Source: an uncultured Ruminococcus sp. (GTDB lineage Bacteria; Bacillota; Clostridia; Oscillospirales; Ruminococcaceae). From it: 64,000 bases of DNA. Positions 1 through 9,362 of the stretch are shown here, in pieces. A program made the translations under genes and the position numbers. The notes under the pieces are model-generated. The model had not been told where the DNA came from. It searched no databases and worked only from the letters and a program-made list of their open reading frames with translations. Numbering within the stretch: position 1 is the first letter of the stretch; every line of letters begins with the position of its first letter. The stretch is taken from NCBI GenBank assembly GCA_947176415.1, contig CAMWQJ010000003.1, positions 4,131 through 68,130 of the forward strand, in the 5' to 3' direction.

Positions 1-1520
1 ACCTTGGCGGTGCAGTGGATAATCTCGTGTATAGCGGTTCTGCCTCTGTAGCCTGTGTTGTTGCACTCGGGACAGCCACAGGGGTCGTATATCTCGATAG
101 ACTCCTCAATTCCCATAAGTTCGTTTTCTTCCTCGGTCGAGTACCTTGGGGTCTTGCAAGCAGGACAGAGAACTTTTATAAGTCGCTGTGCGATAACGCC
201 GATAAGGGAAGTTGCAACCATGTATGCGGCAACGCCCATGTCGATGAGACGGACAACGGTTGAAGCAGCGTCATTTGTATGGAGTGTTGATAGAACAAGG
301 TGACCTGTGATAGCGGCACGTATACCGATGTCGGCTGTTTCGGTATCACGCATCTCACCTATCATAACGATATCAGGGTCCTGACGAAGAATTGAACGGA
401 GTGCGGCAGCAAATGTCATACCTGCCTTTGTGTTTACCTGACACTGATTTATACCGTCAATTGCTTTTTCGACAGGGTCTTCAACTGTGATAACGTTTAC
501 ATTAGGCTTTGCAAGTTCGCCCAGTGCGGCGTAAAGGGTAGTTGTTTTACCTGAACCTGTAGGACCTGTTACAAGGATAACGCCGTGCGGTACACGGAGC
601 ATAGACTCGAAAAGCTGATAGTTATAGTCCGACATACCAAGGTCTGTAATCTTACGCAGTGCAATCTGTCCTGTTGAAAGAATACGTATAACTATCTTTT
701 CGCCGTTTACCATAGGGAGCGACGAAACACGGACGTCAAGCGTAGTGCCGTCAACAACCTGTGTAAAACGTCCGTCCTGTGGTACTCTCTTTTCGGCAAT
801 GTTCATACCGCTTATAAGCTTGAGACGTGTGGTCAATGCACTGTGTACAGCACTTGAAACGTTCATAAGTTCAACAAGGTCGCCGTTTACACGGATACGT
901 ATTCTTGTATATGTCTTGAAAGGCTCTATATGAATATCGGTTGCGTCTGCACGATACGCATTCTCAATAATTGTAGTTGCGAGTTTTACGATAGGCGCAC
1001 TCTCAACTCTGTCCTTTGCCTCCTCGTCCTCTTTTATGTCGTTTGCACTCATGGCTGCGATACTGTCAACAACGCTGTCAACATTCTGCATTGAATAGTT
1101 TTTGCCTATAGCCTTGTTGATAGCCGACGTTGTGGCAAGTACAGGCACGCAGTCCATACCCGTCTGCACCTTGATATCCTCAAGGACTATGAAGTTTACA
1201 GGGTCGTTTGTAGCAACGGTAAGTCGCTTGCCTGCAATTGATATAGCAATTACCGTATGCTTTCTCGCCAGCGTTTCGGGGACTTTGTTTACAGCCTCCG
1301 AACTGATTTCCGCAGAATCAAGGTCAACATACTTTACCCTTAGCTTTCCTGCGAGTGCCTTTGTGAAATTCACTTCTGACATCATGCCGAGCTCGACAAC
1401 AATATCACCGAATTTCTTCGTGCCGTTTGATTCCTTCTGTTTTTCAAGAACTTCCATCAACTGCTCCTGCGTGATATGTCCCTGACTTACTAAGTAATCG
1501 CCGATTCTCTCGTTTCTCAT
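1..1520 (-). CDS. pilB: Type IV pilus assembly ATPase PilB (GspE/PulE family), 3' end runs off the left edge
   Basis: Manual translation of the minus strand: ATG at 1520 with GGAGGT SD, MRNERIGDYLVSQGHITQEQL...; Walker A GPTGSGKTTTLY near 540-570, then ITVEDPVE and LRQDPDIVMIGEMRD. Not in the ORF track because it is open at the edge. Confidence 0.93.
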   Translation of the reverse strand, partial: MRNERIGDYLVSQGHITQEQLMEVLEKQKESNGTKKFGDIVVELGMMSEVNFTKALAGKLRVKYVDLDSAEISSEAVNKVPETLARKHTVIAISIAGKRLTVATNDPVNFIVLEDIKVQTGMDCVPVLATTSAINKAIGKNYSMQNVDSVVDSIAAMSANDIKEDEEAKDRVESAPIVKLATTIIENAYRADATDIHIEPFKTYTRIRIRVNGDLVELMNVSSAVHSALTTRLKLISGMNIAEKRVPQDGRFTQVVDGTTLDVRVSSLPMVNGEKIVIRILSTGQIALRKITDLGMSDYNYQLFESMLRVPHGVILVTGPTGSGKTTTLYAALGELAKPNVNVITVEDPVEKAIDGINQCQVNTKAGMTFAAALRSILRQDPDIVMIGEMRDTETADIGIRAAITGHLVLSTLHTNDAASTVVRLIDMGVAAYMVATSLIGVIAQRLIKVLCPACKTPRYSTEEENELMGIEESIEIYDPCGCPECNNTGYRGRTAIHEIIHCTAK

Positions 1521-1592
1521 AAAAAACCTCCGCTCTTTATTTCAAAGTCTGTCCATAATATTTTAATTTTCAGACAAACTTTTAAATTTTAC

Positions 1593-1620
1593 TTGAATTT
1601 TTATTAATTTGTGCTATAAT
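1593..1620 (+). promoter_or_regulatory. Putative sigma-A promoter for pilD
   Basis: TTGAAT-16 nt-TATAAT with extended -10 TG, upstream of an AAGGAGGAG SD. Confidence 0.55.
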
Positions 1621-1661
1621 TTAATTATGCCACTATTTTAATGTAAAGGAGGAGTAAAACA

Positions 1662-2504
1662 ATGGGTGATTTTAAAAATATGCTTCACGACGAATTTGTT
1701 TCGCCTGCATTTCTTGTCTCGTTTTACACCATATTATTCCTGTTCGGTATAAGTATAGGAAGTTTCCTGAATGTTGTTATTCTTAGACTTCCACGCAACG
1801 AATCGCTTATAAAGAGGTCTTCACACTGCATGACGTGCGGTGCAAAGATAAGGGCGGTCGACCTTATACCCGTATTCAGCTGGCTTGCCCTTAAAGGAAA
1901 ATGCCATAACTGCGGTGAAAGAATCTCACCGAGATATCCTGTAGTGGAAAGTCTCAACGGTATTCTTTTTGTACTTACATTTTTTGTGCTTGACCTCAAT
2001 GCTGATGCCATAACAACCTGCGTTCTCATGTCGCTTCTTGTCGTTGTGGGTTTCATGGACTGGGATACAATGGAAATTGACGAAAGAGTGCTTGCAATTA
2101 TTGCACTGCTTTGTATTCCGTCACAGGTTTTCACAGACCGTACCACAATAGAAGAAAGAATCGTAGGAGCGTTGATAATAAGCTTACCGTTTTTCATAAT
2201 CGGTGAAGTGAGCCGTATTTTCATAAGAAAGAAATATGGCGAGGATTTCCGTGCAATAGAACTCGGAGACACACTTCTTATGATTGGCGGAGGAGCTTAT
2301 CTCGGAACAAAGGCTGTTATCGTTTCGGCATTGTTCGGAATCGTAATAGCTGCTGTTGTCGGACTGATTAATAAAATCATTTCAGGAGAGTCAAAATTTG
2401 CTTTCGGACCTTTTCTGTCAATAGGAATAGCTATAGGAGCTTTGTGGGGAAATCAGATTGCAGAGTGGTATATAAATCTTCTCATAGCTCCGATTGTCCA
2501 GTAA
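1662..2504 (+). CDS. pilD: Prepilin peptidase (A24 family)
   Basis: GSFLNVVILRLP, two CxxC pairs (CMTC, CHNC), ISPRYPVVE, GDTLLM, FAFGPFL; multi-pass TM; inside the pilus locus. Confidence 0.95.
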   Translation: MGDFKNMLHDEFVSPAFLVSFYTILFLFGISIGSFLNVVILRLPRNESLIKRSSHCMTCGAKIRAVDLIPVFSWLALKGKCHNCGERISPRYPVVESLNGILFVLTFFVLDLNADAITTCVLMSLLVVVGFMDWDTMEIDERVLAIIALLCIPSQVFTDRTTIEERIVGALIISLPFFIIGEVSRIFIRKKYGEDFRAIELGDTLLMIGGGAYLGTKAVIVSALFGIVIAAVVGLINKIISGESKFAFGPFLSIGIAIGALWGNQIAEWYINLLIAPIVQ

Positions 2505-2516
2505 AAAACAATAATT

Positions 2517-2554
2517 ACAGGCAGCAGTATTTTTTACTACTGCCTGTTTTTTTT
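2517..2554. terminator. Intrinsic terminator between convergent pilD and minor pilin
   Basis: acaggcagcagta / tactactgcctgt stem followed by a T8 run. Confidence 0.8.
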
Positions 2555-2558
2555 GTGC

Positions 2559-3629
2559 TTATTCTGGAAGTGTGTAGACTATGTAAATGTTGTTTCCACC
2601 TGCTATATTATTGCTGTCATAAACTCGTGCGTACGTCACCGCACCGTCGGGCATTTTTTCATAATCCCACTTTAAATCTGCGTTGTCGTCAACCATATCT
2701 GTAGGATTATAGCCGTTTCCGTCACGCCTTACGGGATAATAGTCAAGGTTTGAACGGTAACTTCCGCCATATGCCGAATTGATATTAAGAAGTGCGAGAG
2801 AAGCGTTAGCCGACGAATAAGGCGAGCCGAAAATATGCTTTCCGTCAATTTCGTGATGATATATTTTTGTGCCGTTCTGATTCTTGTATGTTGTGAAAGT
2901 AAATGCAAAGTCACTCGGCGAGAATATGGCATTTCCCAATGCGTCAGCCTTTTCGGGAACTATCTGACCGAAATACTGCTTATCTTCCACAGGTGTGGGC
3001 AATGCTATTCCTGCCTCTACAGCCTGCATTGTGTTGTAGCCGAGAGATACAAAAATCGAATAATTCTCATAGTAGACATCATTTATAACAGGCTGGTCGA
3101 AGCTGACAAGGCTTACGTTTGCCGGTCTTGTCTGTTCAATATCCCAGTTTGAAGTTGCGGGATTCCACTGCTTGTATTTATAGCCTGCGTCAAATGAAAA
3201 TACGCTTTCCGTGATTCTGCCCTGATTGTCGTTGTCAATCTTCATGACATAGGCTGTTCCGTTTGTTATAGGCGTATCTGATTCATCAACCCTGTTTATG
3301 AAAACATTGTCAACAAGAGCTTGAACAGCTTCTTTCTGACGGTCTTCCTCACTGCCTCCAATTACGGTCGGCATTCCGCCTGTTGCGTAATACTTAAGGT
3401 CGCCGTTATGAACGTAAACCGCATTGGCATAACGCAGAGTACCTTCAAAATAACGCTTGATATTGTCGACCGTAGCCGTATTTGATTCCTGAATGGAAGC
3501 ACTCTTCATCATTCTGTTTACAGGGTCGAGCAGTCGCAGAGCACCGAGCATTATAAGACCGAAAACCGCCATTACAACGATAAGTTCGACGAGGGTAAAG
3601 CCCTTTATATTCCTTTTAGATTTATTCAT
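2559..3629 (-). CDS. Minor type IV pilin (PilW-like), prepilin N-terminal cleavage/methylation motif
   Basis: MNKSKRNIK-GF-TLVELIVVMAVFGLI class III signal; start moved to ATG 3629 (GGAGG SD). Confidence 0.85.
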   Translation of the reverse strand: MNKSKRNIKGFTLVELIVVMAVFGLIMLGALRLLDPVNRMMKSASIQESNTATVDNIKRYFEGTLRYANAVYVHNGDLKYYATGGMPTVIGGSEEDRQKEAVQALVDNVFINRVDESDTPITNGTAYVMKIDNDNQGRITESVFSFDAGYKYKQWNPATSNWDIEQTRPANVSLVSFDQPVINDVYYENYSIFVSLGYNTMQAVEAGIALPTPVEDKQYFGQIVPEKADALGNAIFSPSDFAFTFTTYKNQNGTKIYHHEIDGKHIFGSPYSSANASLALLNINSAYGGSYRSNLDYYPVRRDGNGYNPTDMVDDNADLKWDYEKMPDGAVTYARVYDSNNIAGGNNIYIVYTLPE

Positions 3630-3646
3630 GCTTTTTCCTCCTGATG

Positions 3647-4072
3647 TCACGGACTTACAGACGGGTCGATATAGACAAACATGAAATGTCCTGTCGTATT
3701 GCCGTCATATATTTCCACGCCGTCCGCATCGGTTGCACCCGTCCCCGTAAGCTCGTCACTCGTGCTGTAAAGTTTTCCGTCTATTTCAACAGAGCCTGAG
3801 ACAGCGGGGCTTACTGTGATTTTAAAGTCTTCGTCAATCAGTTTGCCCATATTTGAGGCTGTCGGTGTATCTCTCTGCTGAAGCTCCGCCGCAGGACCTT
3901 CAAAGGCTATTTTTGTGTTTCTTGCGTTTGTGTCTCTTCTGTATCTGTCAATCGTCATGCCGATAGTTGTAAGCATAAGAGCAAGCACAGCCATAATAGC
4001 AATTGATATTATAACCTCAGCGAGCGTCATACCACGCTTTTTACGGGATTTTCTGATTTTTTCTTCTTTCAT
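3647..4072 (-). CDS. Minor type IV pilin (PilV-like)
   Basis: RKKR-GM-TLAEVIISIAIMAVLALML class III signal peptide. Confidence 0.85.
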   Translation of the reverse strand: MKEEKIRKSRKKRGMTLAEVIISIAIMAVLALMLTTIGMTIDRYRRDTNARNTKIAFEGPAAELQQRDTPTASNMGKLIDEDFKITVSPAVSGSVEIDGKLYSTSDELTGTGATDADGVEIYDGNTTGHFMFVYIDPSVSP

Positions 4073-4084
4073 ACTGCACCTCCG

Positions 4085-6829
4085 TTAAAAGCCTTCATAG
4101 TATGTGATTACGTAGCTGTTGTCTCCGCCACCGGGTGGTGTTATAGGCGGTGTTCCTGATGTATCGGGAGTATAATAGAATGTCCAGTTATTCTGTCCCT
4201 CTGCCTCTGCAACGTTGAGAACTCCGATAACGCCTACATTGTCAAGACCGCCCGGCTTGGTATTTGTTTCAATACCATTATAAATCATTCCGGGTACTGA
4301 TGATGCCGTTGCGAGATAGAATTTAAGTGATGGTGCTTCAATATTTGCGGTTACCATTGAATTGTTGTAAAGACTGAGTTCAGGTCTGTAGATAACATTT
4401 CCGCTTCCGTCCGTCTGCTCTGGTTCTGCCTGAATAGTAATCTTCGGACTTCCTGCCTTTGTTATGCCACTGACAAAAAGGTCGTCATTCGTTGCAACCT
4501 GAAACTGCTGTCCGCTTTGAATAAGGTCGTAATAACTCTTTGTGATGATTTTGCCCTTATTGAGTGATGCACTGCCCTCAATAAAGATTATCAGCTTGCC
4601 ACAGTTTGCTACTGAATCATCATAGAATATGCCATAGTCGTCAAAGTCCTTTGCTTCCATTCCGAAATTCTTCAGCTTTATGTATATCGGGCTTGAACTT
4701 CCCTTTACATAGATTGTCTTGTTAAATCCGCCTCCCTCGAGAGTACAGCTTCCTGTAATTTCGTCGGGAACGTCCCACGCACTGTATACGTTTGACTCAA
4801 CATCATATAAATAGTCGTCGGGAATTGAAGTCTGATACCTGTCTGTTGAAGTAAAGTTATAGTCACGCTCGATGTCGTCAATTGTTTTAATAACCTGTGA
4901 ATCTTCAAGAGAAGTACCGTCGCCGATTTCCTCCAGACCGAGTATAACAGCCTTTTCAGCTTTTTTCGGGAAAAGTTCATGTCCGTGAGTATCTGCATAT
5001 AAATCGGGCGTGCCTATTACGCTTCCTTTATACTTGAAAACGCCTGATGATTCAAGAGTATCATTAATATCTGTCGTTTCTGTGCCGTCTTCTCTGTTTA
5101 CCCACTTTGTATCAACAGAAAATTCCTTTGTTATTGTATCAGGATTTGGAATATAGTATTCTTCATTGACAAAAAGTCCTGCGTCAATAACTCCGCCACC
5201 GAAATCAACAACATTTCCGTCAACAATTCCGTCGCCGTCGCTGTCGGTAAGACCATATAAGCCTATTGCATCAGGTTTCAGCCATGCATAATCATAGTGC
5301 TGATTACCACCCCAGCTTTGCGGAACATTTACGTCCTTTGCAAGTACACAGTAAGTAATATCATCGATTCTTTCATAGAGTTCCTGTGTGCCGTCAATTG
5401 TCATCTTCGGAACTGCACCCTCATTTGTTATGTCAATGCCCTCCGCATAGCCTGCATAAAAGCCATTGCCAGCATTCATAGTACCACTCTCTACTTTGAG
5501 ATTGCCTTTTACAACAATACTTCCGCCTGTAGTGAGGTTACCTCTTATTGTAAGGTCGCCTTCAACAACAAGGTCGCCACTTATATCAGCACCGTTGCCG
5601 TTTATTATAACATTGCCCTTTGAATAGAAGTTACCTGAAGAACATGAACCAAGGAAGCTGTCTGTTCCGTTAAGAACCGAGTTGCTCCACGCATTGAGAG
5701 CTGTGTTTGTATTGCCTATTATAGAAGTTTTGTCTGAGTCCTGACAATAAACATTTGCATAAAGATTAACTCCGTTCTGCTGTGCATTCATAGAACCGCA
5801 GAAAATATTCAGAGGAAGATTTGCGTCGCCTATCGTCTGATTGTTGAATTTAAGCTGTGAGTCAACAAACAGATAAGGAATATCTTTGAACATCTTTATT
5901 TCCTGATTGAACTGCACTGCTGTGGTGTTGTTGACAGTTTCGGAATATAACAGAAAACTGCTGTTCTGTACGTCCATATTTCCCCATACTGCCATGCCTG
6001 AGCCTTTTGTAGGGAAAGTAACCTGTGTCTGTGTGTTTACGATAAGGTTACCGTTTACAACAAACGGAGCTTCAATTGTCTGGTCGTTACCTGTGTAGTA
6101 TGATTTTATAAGGTTATAATTGTCCTCGGGAGAACATACCGGAATGCCGTTTTCGTCAACAGGAAGAGTTGTAAAATCCACGCCGTCCTCAAAGTTGAGA
6201 TAGAGTTTGTTTTCAAGGTCGACAGGTCCCCACGGTGAATTTTGGTATATTCTGCTTCCCGAGCCACCGCCTACGCCGAGATATGTACCGCCCATTGAGT
6301 TTGTATGGTTTGCTATTCCCGCATCGCCGAGAGTTACGAAACCACCGCCACCGCCTGGATTTATGCCAGTCGGGGGATTTTTAAGAACATATGCCGTAAC
6401 GGTCTTTGTCTCTCCGCCATAAACAACGTCCGCTGAAATTGAAATAAGGTCTTTGTCTTCCCATTTGCTTTCAGTTACATTATAATAAGGCTGAGAACCG
6501 ACGTATTCAACTCTTGCCTTTTCAACCCGTCCCATACCTGCCGATGTCGATTCCATCGTTACGTCAATATCAAATCCGCCGCCGCTTGATGTTATACCTG
6601 CCAAAGCACTTGCGAAATTTTCGTCCTTGGCGGCAGCCGCAAGAATACTGTCTATAGCAGTTCTTGCGGTATAATTTGCCTGTGAGGAGGAATAGGATTT
6701 GTGTGCCCTGTTATTTGCAGCTGTTGCGAGTACAAGCGTACTCGTAAGGAAAACTATCAGAAGTGACATTACTGATACAACTGTAAGCAGTACCGCACCT
6801 TTGAAACTTCGTTTTTTCTCAGTTTTCAT
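4085..6829 (-). CDS. Large PilX/GspK-like minor pilin, probable pilus-tip adhesin (~914 aa)
   Basis: KRSFK-GA-VLLTVVSVMSLL (no Glu5), SSQANYTARTAI as in the PilX N-terminus; long Gly/Asn-rich beta-repeat C-terminal region; start at ATG 6829. Confidence 0.75.
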   Translation of the reverse strand: MKTEKKRSFKGAVLLTVVSVMSLLIVFLTSTLVLATAANNRAHKSYSSSQANYTARTAIDSILAAAAKDENFASALAGITSSGGGFDIDVTMESTSAGMGRVEKARVEYVGSQPYYNVTESKWEDKDLISISADVVYGGETKTVTAYVLKNPPTGINPGGGGGFVTLGDAGIANHTNSMGGTYLGVGGGSGSRIYQNSPWGPVDLENKLYLNFEDGVDFTTLPVDENGIPVCSPEDNYNLIKSYYTGNDQTIEAPFVVNGNLIVNTQTQVTFPTKGSGMAVWGNMDVQNSSFLLYSETVNNTTAVQFNQEIKMFKDIPYLFVDSQLKFNNQTIGDANLPLNIFCGSMNAQQNGVNLYANVYCQDSDKTSIIGNTNTALNAWSNSVLNGTDSFLGSCSSGNFYSKGNVIINGNGADISGDLVVEGDLTIRGNLTTGGSIVVKGNLKVESGTMNAGNGFYAGYAEGIDITNEGAVPKMTIDGTQELYERIDDITYCVLAKDVNVPQSWGGNQHYDYAWLKPDAIGLYGLTDSDGDGIVDGNVVDFGGGVIDAGLFVNEEYYIPNPDTITKEFSVDTKWVNREDGTETTDINDTLESSGVFKYKGSVIGTPDLYADTHGHELFPKKAEKAVILGLEEIGDGTSLEDSQVIKTIDDIERDYNFTSTDRYQTSIPDDYLYDVESNVYSAWDVPDEITGSCTLEGGGFNKTIYVKGSSSPIYIKLKNFGMEAKDFDDYGIFYDDSVANCGKLIIFIEGSASLNKGKIITKSYYDLIQSGQQFQVATNDDLFVSGITKAGSPKITIQAEPEQTDGSGNVIYRPELSLYNNSMVTANIEAPSLKFYLATASSVPGMIYNGIETNTKPGGLDNVGVIGVLNVAEAEGQNNWTFYYTPDTSGTPPITPPGGGDNSYVITYYEGF

Positions 6830-6864
6830 TTTTTTACCGCCTTTCAATAACGCACCGAGTGTAA

Positions 6865-7737
6865 TTACTCTTCTTCGATATCGGGCTTCTGCATATCATA
6901 AACTGAATATAAGCTCATTACAATTTCCACTGAAGATGTATCTGAATTGCTGATTGTAATCGGTGCAGGAGCTTCAGCAGGAGCGGGAACTTCGGGATTT
7001 TCACCCTCTGCCGGATTCTCTGCTTCTGCACCTTCATCTGTAGGCTCACCTGCTTCCTCAGGAGTTTCAGCTGGTTCAGATGCGGTATCCTCAACTGTAT
7101 TTGCACCGAAAGAATAGTCAGCAATGTCAACTTCGTCTATGAGTATGGATTTTTTGAGGTCTTCAATAGTCTTCATATATTTCCATACTGCCTCTCTCGT
7201 TCCCGTAACTCTTATGCCGTACTGTGTCTGTATAAGAGTCTCGGCTGTTCTGTCCTTAAGTGCATTCTGCTCTGCCATAAGGCTGTCATATGCTAACGAA
7301 TACATACCGTTAAGGTCTGCGGATTCACGCATATTTGAAATTAAATCCTCATACTCAAGATAGTAGTATTTAAGAACTTTTTCCTTTGGATATGCAACGT
7401 TGAGTTCGTCAATGCGGACACCGCATTCTTCTGCATATTCACGGAGGAATTTGTCGAGCTTTTCGGTAGAACTTATATCCTCAATGTCTACGAAATCCTC
7501 TGTCATCTTTGCTGTTTCCTCATAAGTTTCCTCAATGCTTTTTTTAAGGGGTTCAATTCTTGCTATTTTCGTTTCAAGTTCTGCCTGTTCTGTCTGTTTT
7601 GCCTTTAAAGTTTCCTCATCTGTCTTTATCTCTTCATTCTTCGGCTTAATCATAAATACGAAACCAAGAACAGCAATTACAATTGCAAGAATTATGCCGA
7701 GTATTACTTTATCCCTGTAATTCAATTTCATTGTCAA
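6865..7737 (-). CDS. pilO: PilO-like pilus alignment protein
   Basis: N-terminal TM (RDKVILGIILAIVIAVLGFVFMIKP), coiled coil, downstream of pilM; start is 7737 (TTG) or 7731 (ATG). Confidence 0.6.
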   Translation of the reverse strand: MTMKLNYRDKVILGIILAIVIAVLGFVFMIKPKNEEIKTDEETLKAKQTEQAELETKIARIEPLKKSIEETYEETAKMTEDFVDIEDISSTEKLDKFLREYAEECGVRIDELNVAYPKEKVLKYYYLEYEDLISNMRESADLNGMYSLAYDSLMAEQNALKDRTAETLIQTQYGIRVTGTREAVWKYMKTIEDLKKSILIDEVDIADYSFGANTVEDTASEPAETPEEAGEPTDEGAEAENPAEGENPEVPAPAEAPAPITISNSDTSSVEIVMSLYSVYDMQKPDIEEE

Positions 7738-7747
7738 TCAGCCTCCT

Positions 7748-9340
7748 TTATTCTGCCGTACTGTCTGCGTTTTCAGCATCATCGGCTTCTTCTACGGGGT
7801 GGTAAGCACTCTGTTCACCCTTTACCCTCATAGCAACTTCAAATTGCACTATTCTTTCAGCCGGACTATCCTTGTCAATCTGACGTTCAATAACCTCATA
7901 TTTTTCATATACAGCATTGTCAAAGATATCTTCCTCAAGAAGATTTGCGACGAAGTCAGCAGGAAGTTCCTGATAAGCACCGCCATTATAGTCGCACTCA
8001 ATCTTGAAAGAGAGTACGCCCTCAAGATATTTCGGCTCAAGTACCTTTGCATTTGTAACGCTGAGTGTTTCGGCTGTTTCAGCGAGTACACTCTCAACAC
8101 GGTCAATCTTTTCACCATCAATTACGGGCTGTGAGTGGAAAGCGTCATAGGCATTCGTCATGGTGATATTGTAGGTGTCAACTTTTGATTTTACGCCGTC
8201 AAGCTTTTTAAGATATTCAATCTTCTTTTTTGTCTGCGGACTTTCTATAAAGTCGTTGCAAACCTGAATATCGTCCTTTATGCCGTTATCCTTTACAGCC
8301 AGAACACCGTATATTGCTCCGACGGCAACAACAGCAACAGCCAATGCACCAATCATGAAATAGTCGCCTGCTTTTTCATTTACTCCGCCCTTGCTTCTTA
8401 CTGCGGAAGCAAAGTCAGCGTCAAGCAGATTGATTTTTTCTGTTTCCTTGTTTCTCTTGAACATAGCACCTATTGCGTTTGCATAGAGTGAAAATTCAAG
8501 ATTTTCATGACCGTGAATCTGCGGAGGTACGTTGATTAGACTTGTGCTGAGGTCGAGTTTTTCGAGTTCGTCCGTAAGTCTTACGTAGTCATGCGTATCG
8601 CCGTAGAAGATGATATTTTCGATTACTTCGCCTGTGTTACGGCTTCTGTGGAACTGCAACATACGGAATATGTTTTCATTTACAGCTTCAAAAACATAGT
8701 CCGCAGAATATTCATAATCGGCAGGGTCGATTGAGGCAAAACGTGAGAATGAAAGCTGTCCTGCTTCATAGAGGTTAAGCGAAATGAAGTTGTTGTCAAT
8801 CTGAACGGCAAGCAACGGCATTTTCGACTTGATTTTTGTATCTGCGAGAAGTACCTTTGTAATACAGTTACAGCCAATCATAACGGATTTCAACGAAATA
8901 CCGAGGAGCTTGAACATCTCCCTGTAGCTGTTTACGATTTCATAAGGACAAGCTGTTGCAAGGACTTTATATGTATCGCCCTCGCCGTCTCCTACTATAA
9001 TGTATGAAACGCTGTATGTATCGTCAAGATTAAGTTCGCTGAGCATCTGCTGTTTTACAGTCTTCTGCATATCAGCCGGCTTTACTTTCTGAACGTCAAG
9101 TTCCTTGAATATTGTAAGGTTTGACGAAATGCTGACGATAGCTTCCTTGTCGGGCATTCTCTCCTTTTTGATGACTCCGTTTACAAGCGTTGCCACATTC
9201 GGCACGTCCTTTATGTGACCATTTACGATAAGCTCTTCGTCGATTGCAAGTGTAGCAGCGGAAGTTACTTTTATTTTTCCGTTGCTCTCAACGCCCTTTA
9301 CAACACGTATGTTTCTGTCGGTAATATCAAATGAAAGCAT
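7748..9340 (-). CDS. pilM: PilM actin-like protein fused to a PilN-like TM/extracellular domain
   Basis: MLSFDITDRNIRVV N-terminus, actin-fold motifs, INLL motif then TM (YFMIGALAVAVVAVGAIYGVL) and a C-terminal domain; no separate pilN between pilM and pilO. Confidence 0.8.
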   Translation of the reverse strand: MLSFDITDRNIRVVKGVESNGKIKVTSAATLAIDEELIVNGHIKDVPNVATLVNGVIKKERMPDKEAIVSISSNLTIFKELDVQKVKPADMQKTVKQQMLSELNLDDTYSVSYIIVGDGEGDTYKVLATACPYEIVNSYREMFKLLGISLKSVMIGCNCITKVLLADTKIKSKMPLLAVQIDNNFISLNLYEAGQLSFSRFASIDPADYEYSADYVFEAVNENIFRMLQFHRSRNTGEVIENIIFYGDTHDYVRLTDELEKLDLSTSLINVPPQIHGHENLEFSLYANAIGAMFKRNKETEKINLLDADFASAVRSKGGVNEKAGDYFMIGALAVAVVAVGAIYGVLAVKDNGIKDDIQVCNDFIESPQTKKKIEYLKKLDGVKSKVDTYNITMTNAYDAFHSQPVIDGEKIDRVESVLAETAETLSVTNAKVLEPKYLEGVLSFKIECDYNGGAYQELPADFVANLLEEDIFDNAVYEKYEVIERQIDKDSPAERIVQFEVAMRVKGEQSAYHPVEEADDAENADSTAE

Positions 9341-9362
9341 TTATCTTTCCACCTTTCGTTAA

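Noticed and set aside
15-1485. Plus-strand ORFs 15..263, 55..303, 745..933, 1102..1485
   Set aside because: Shadow ORFs antisense to pilB.
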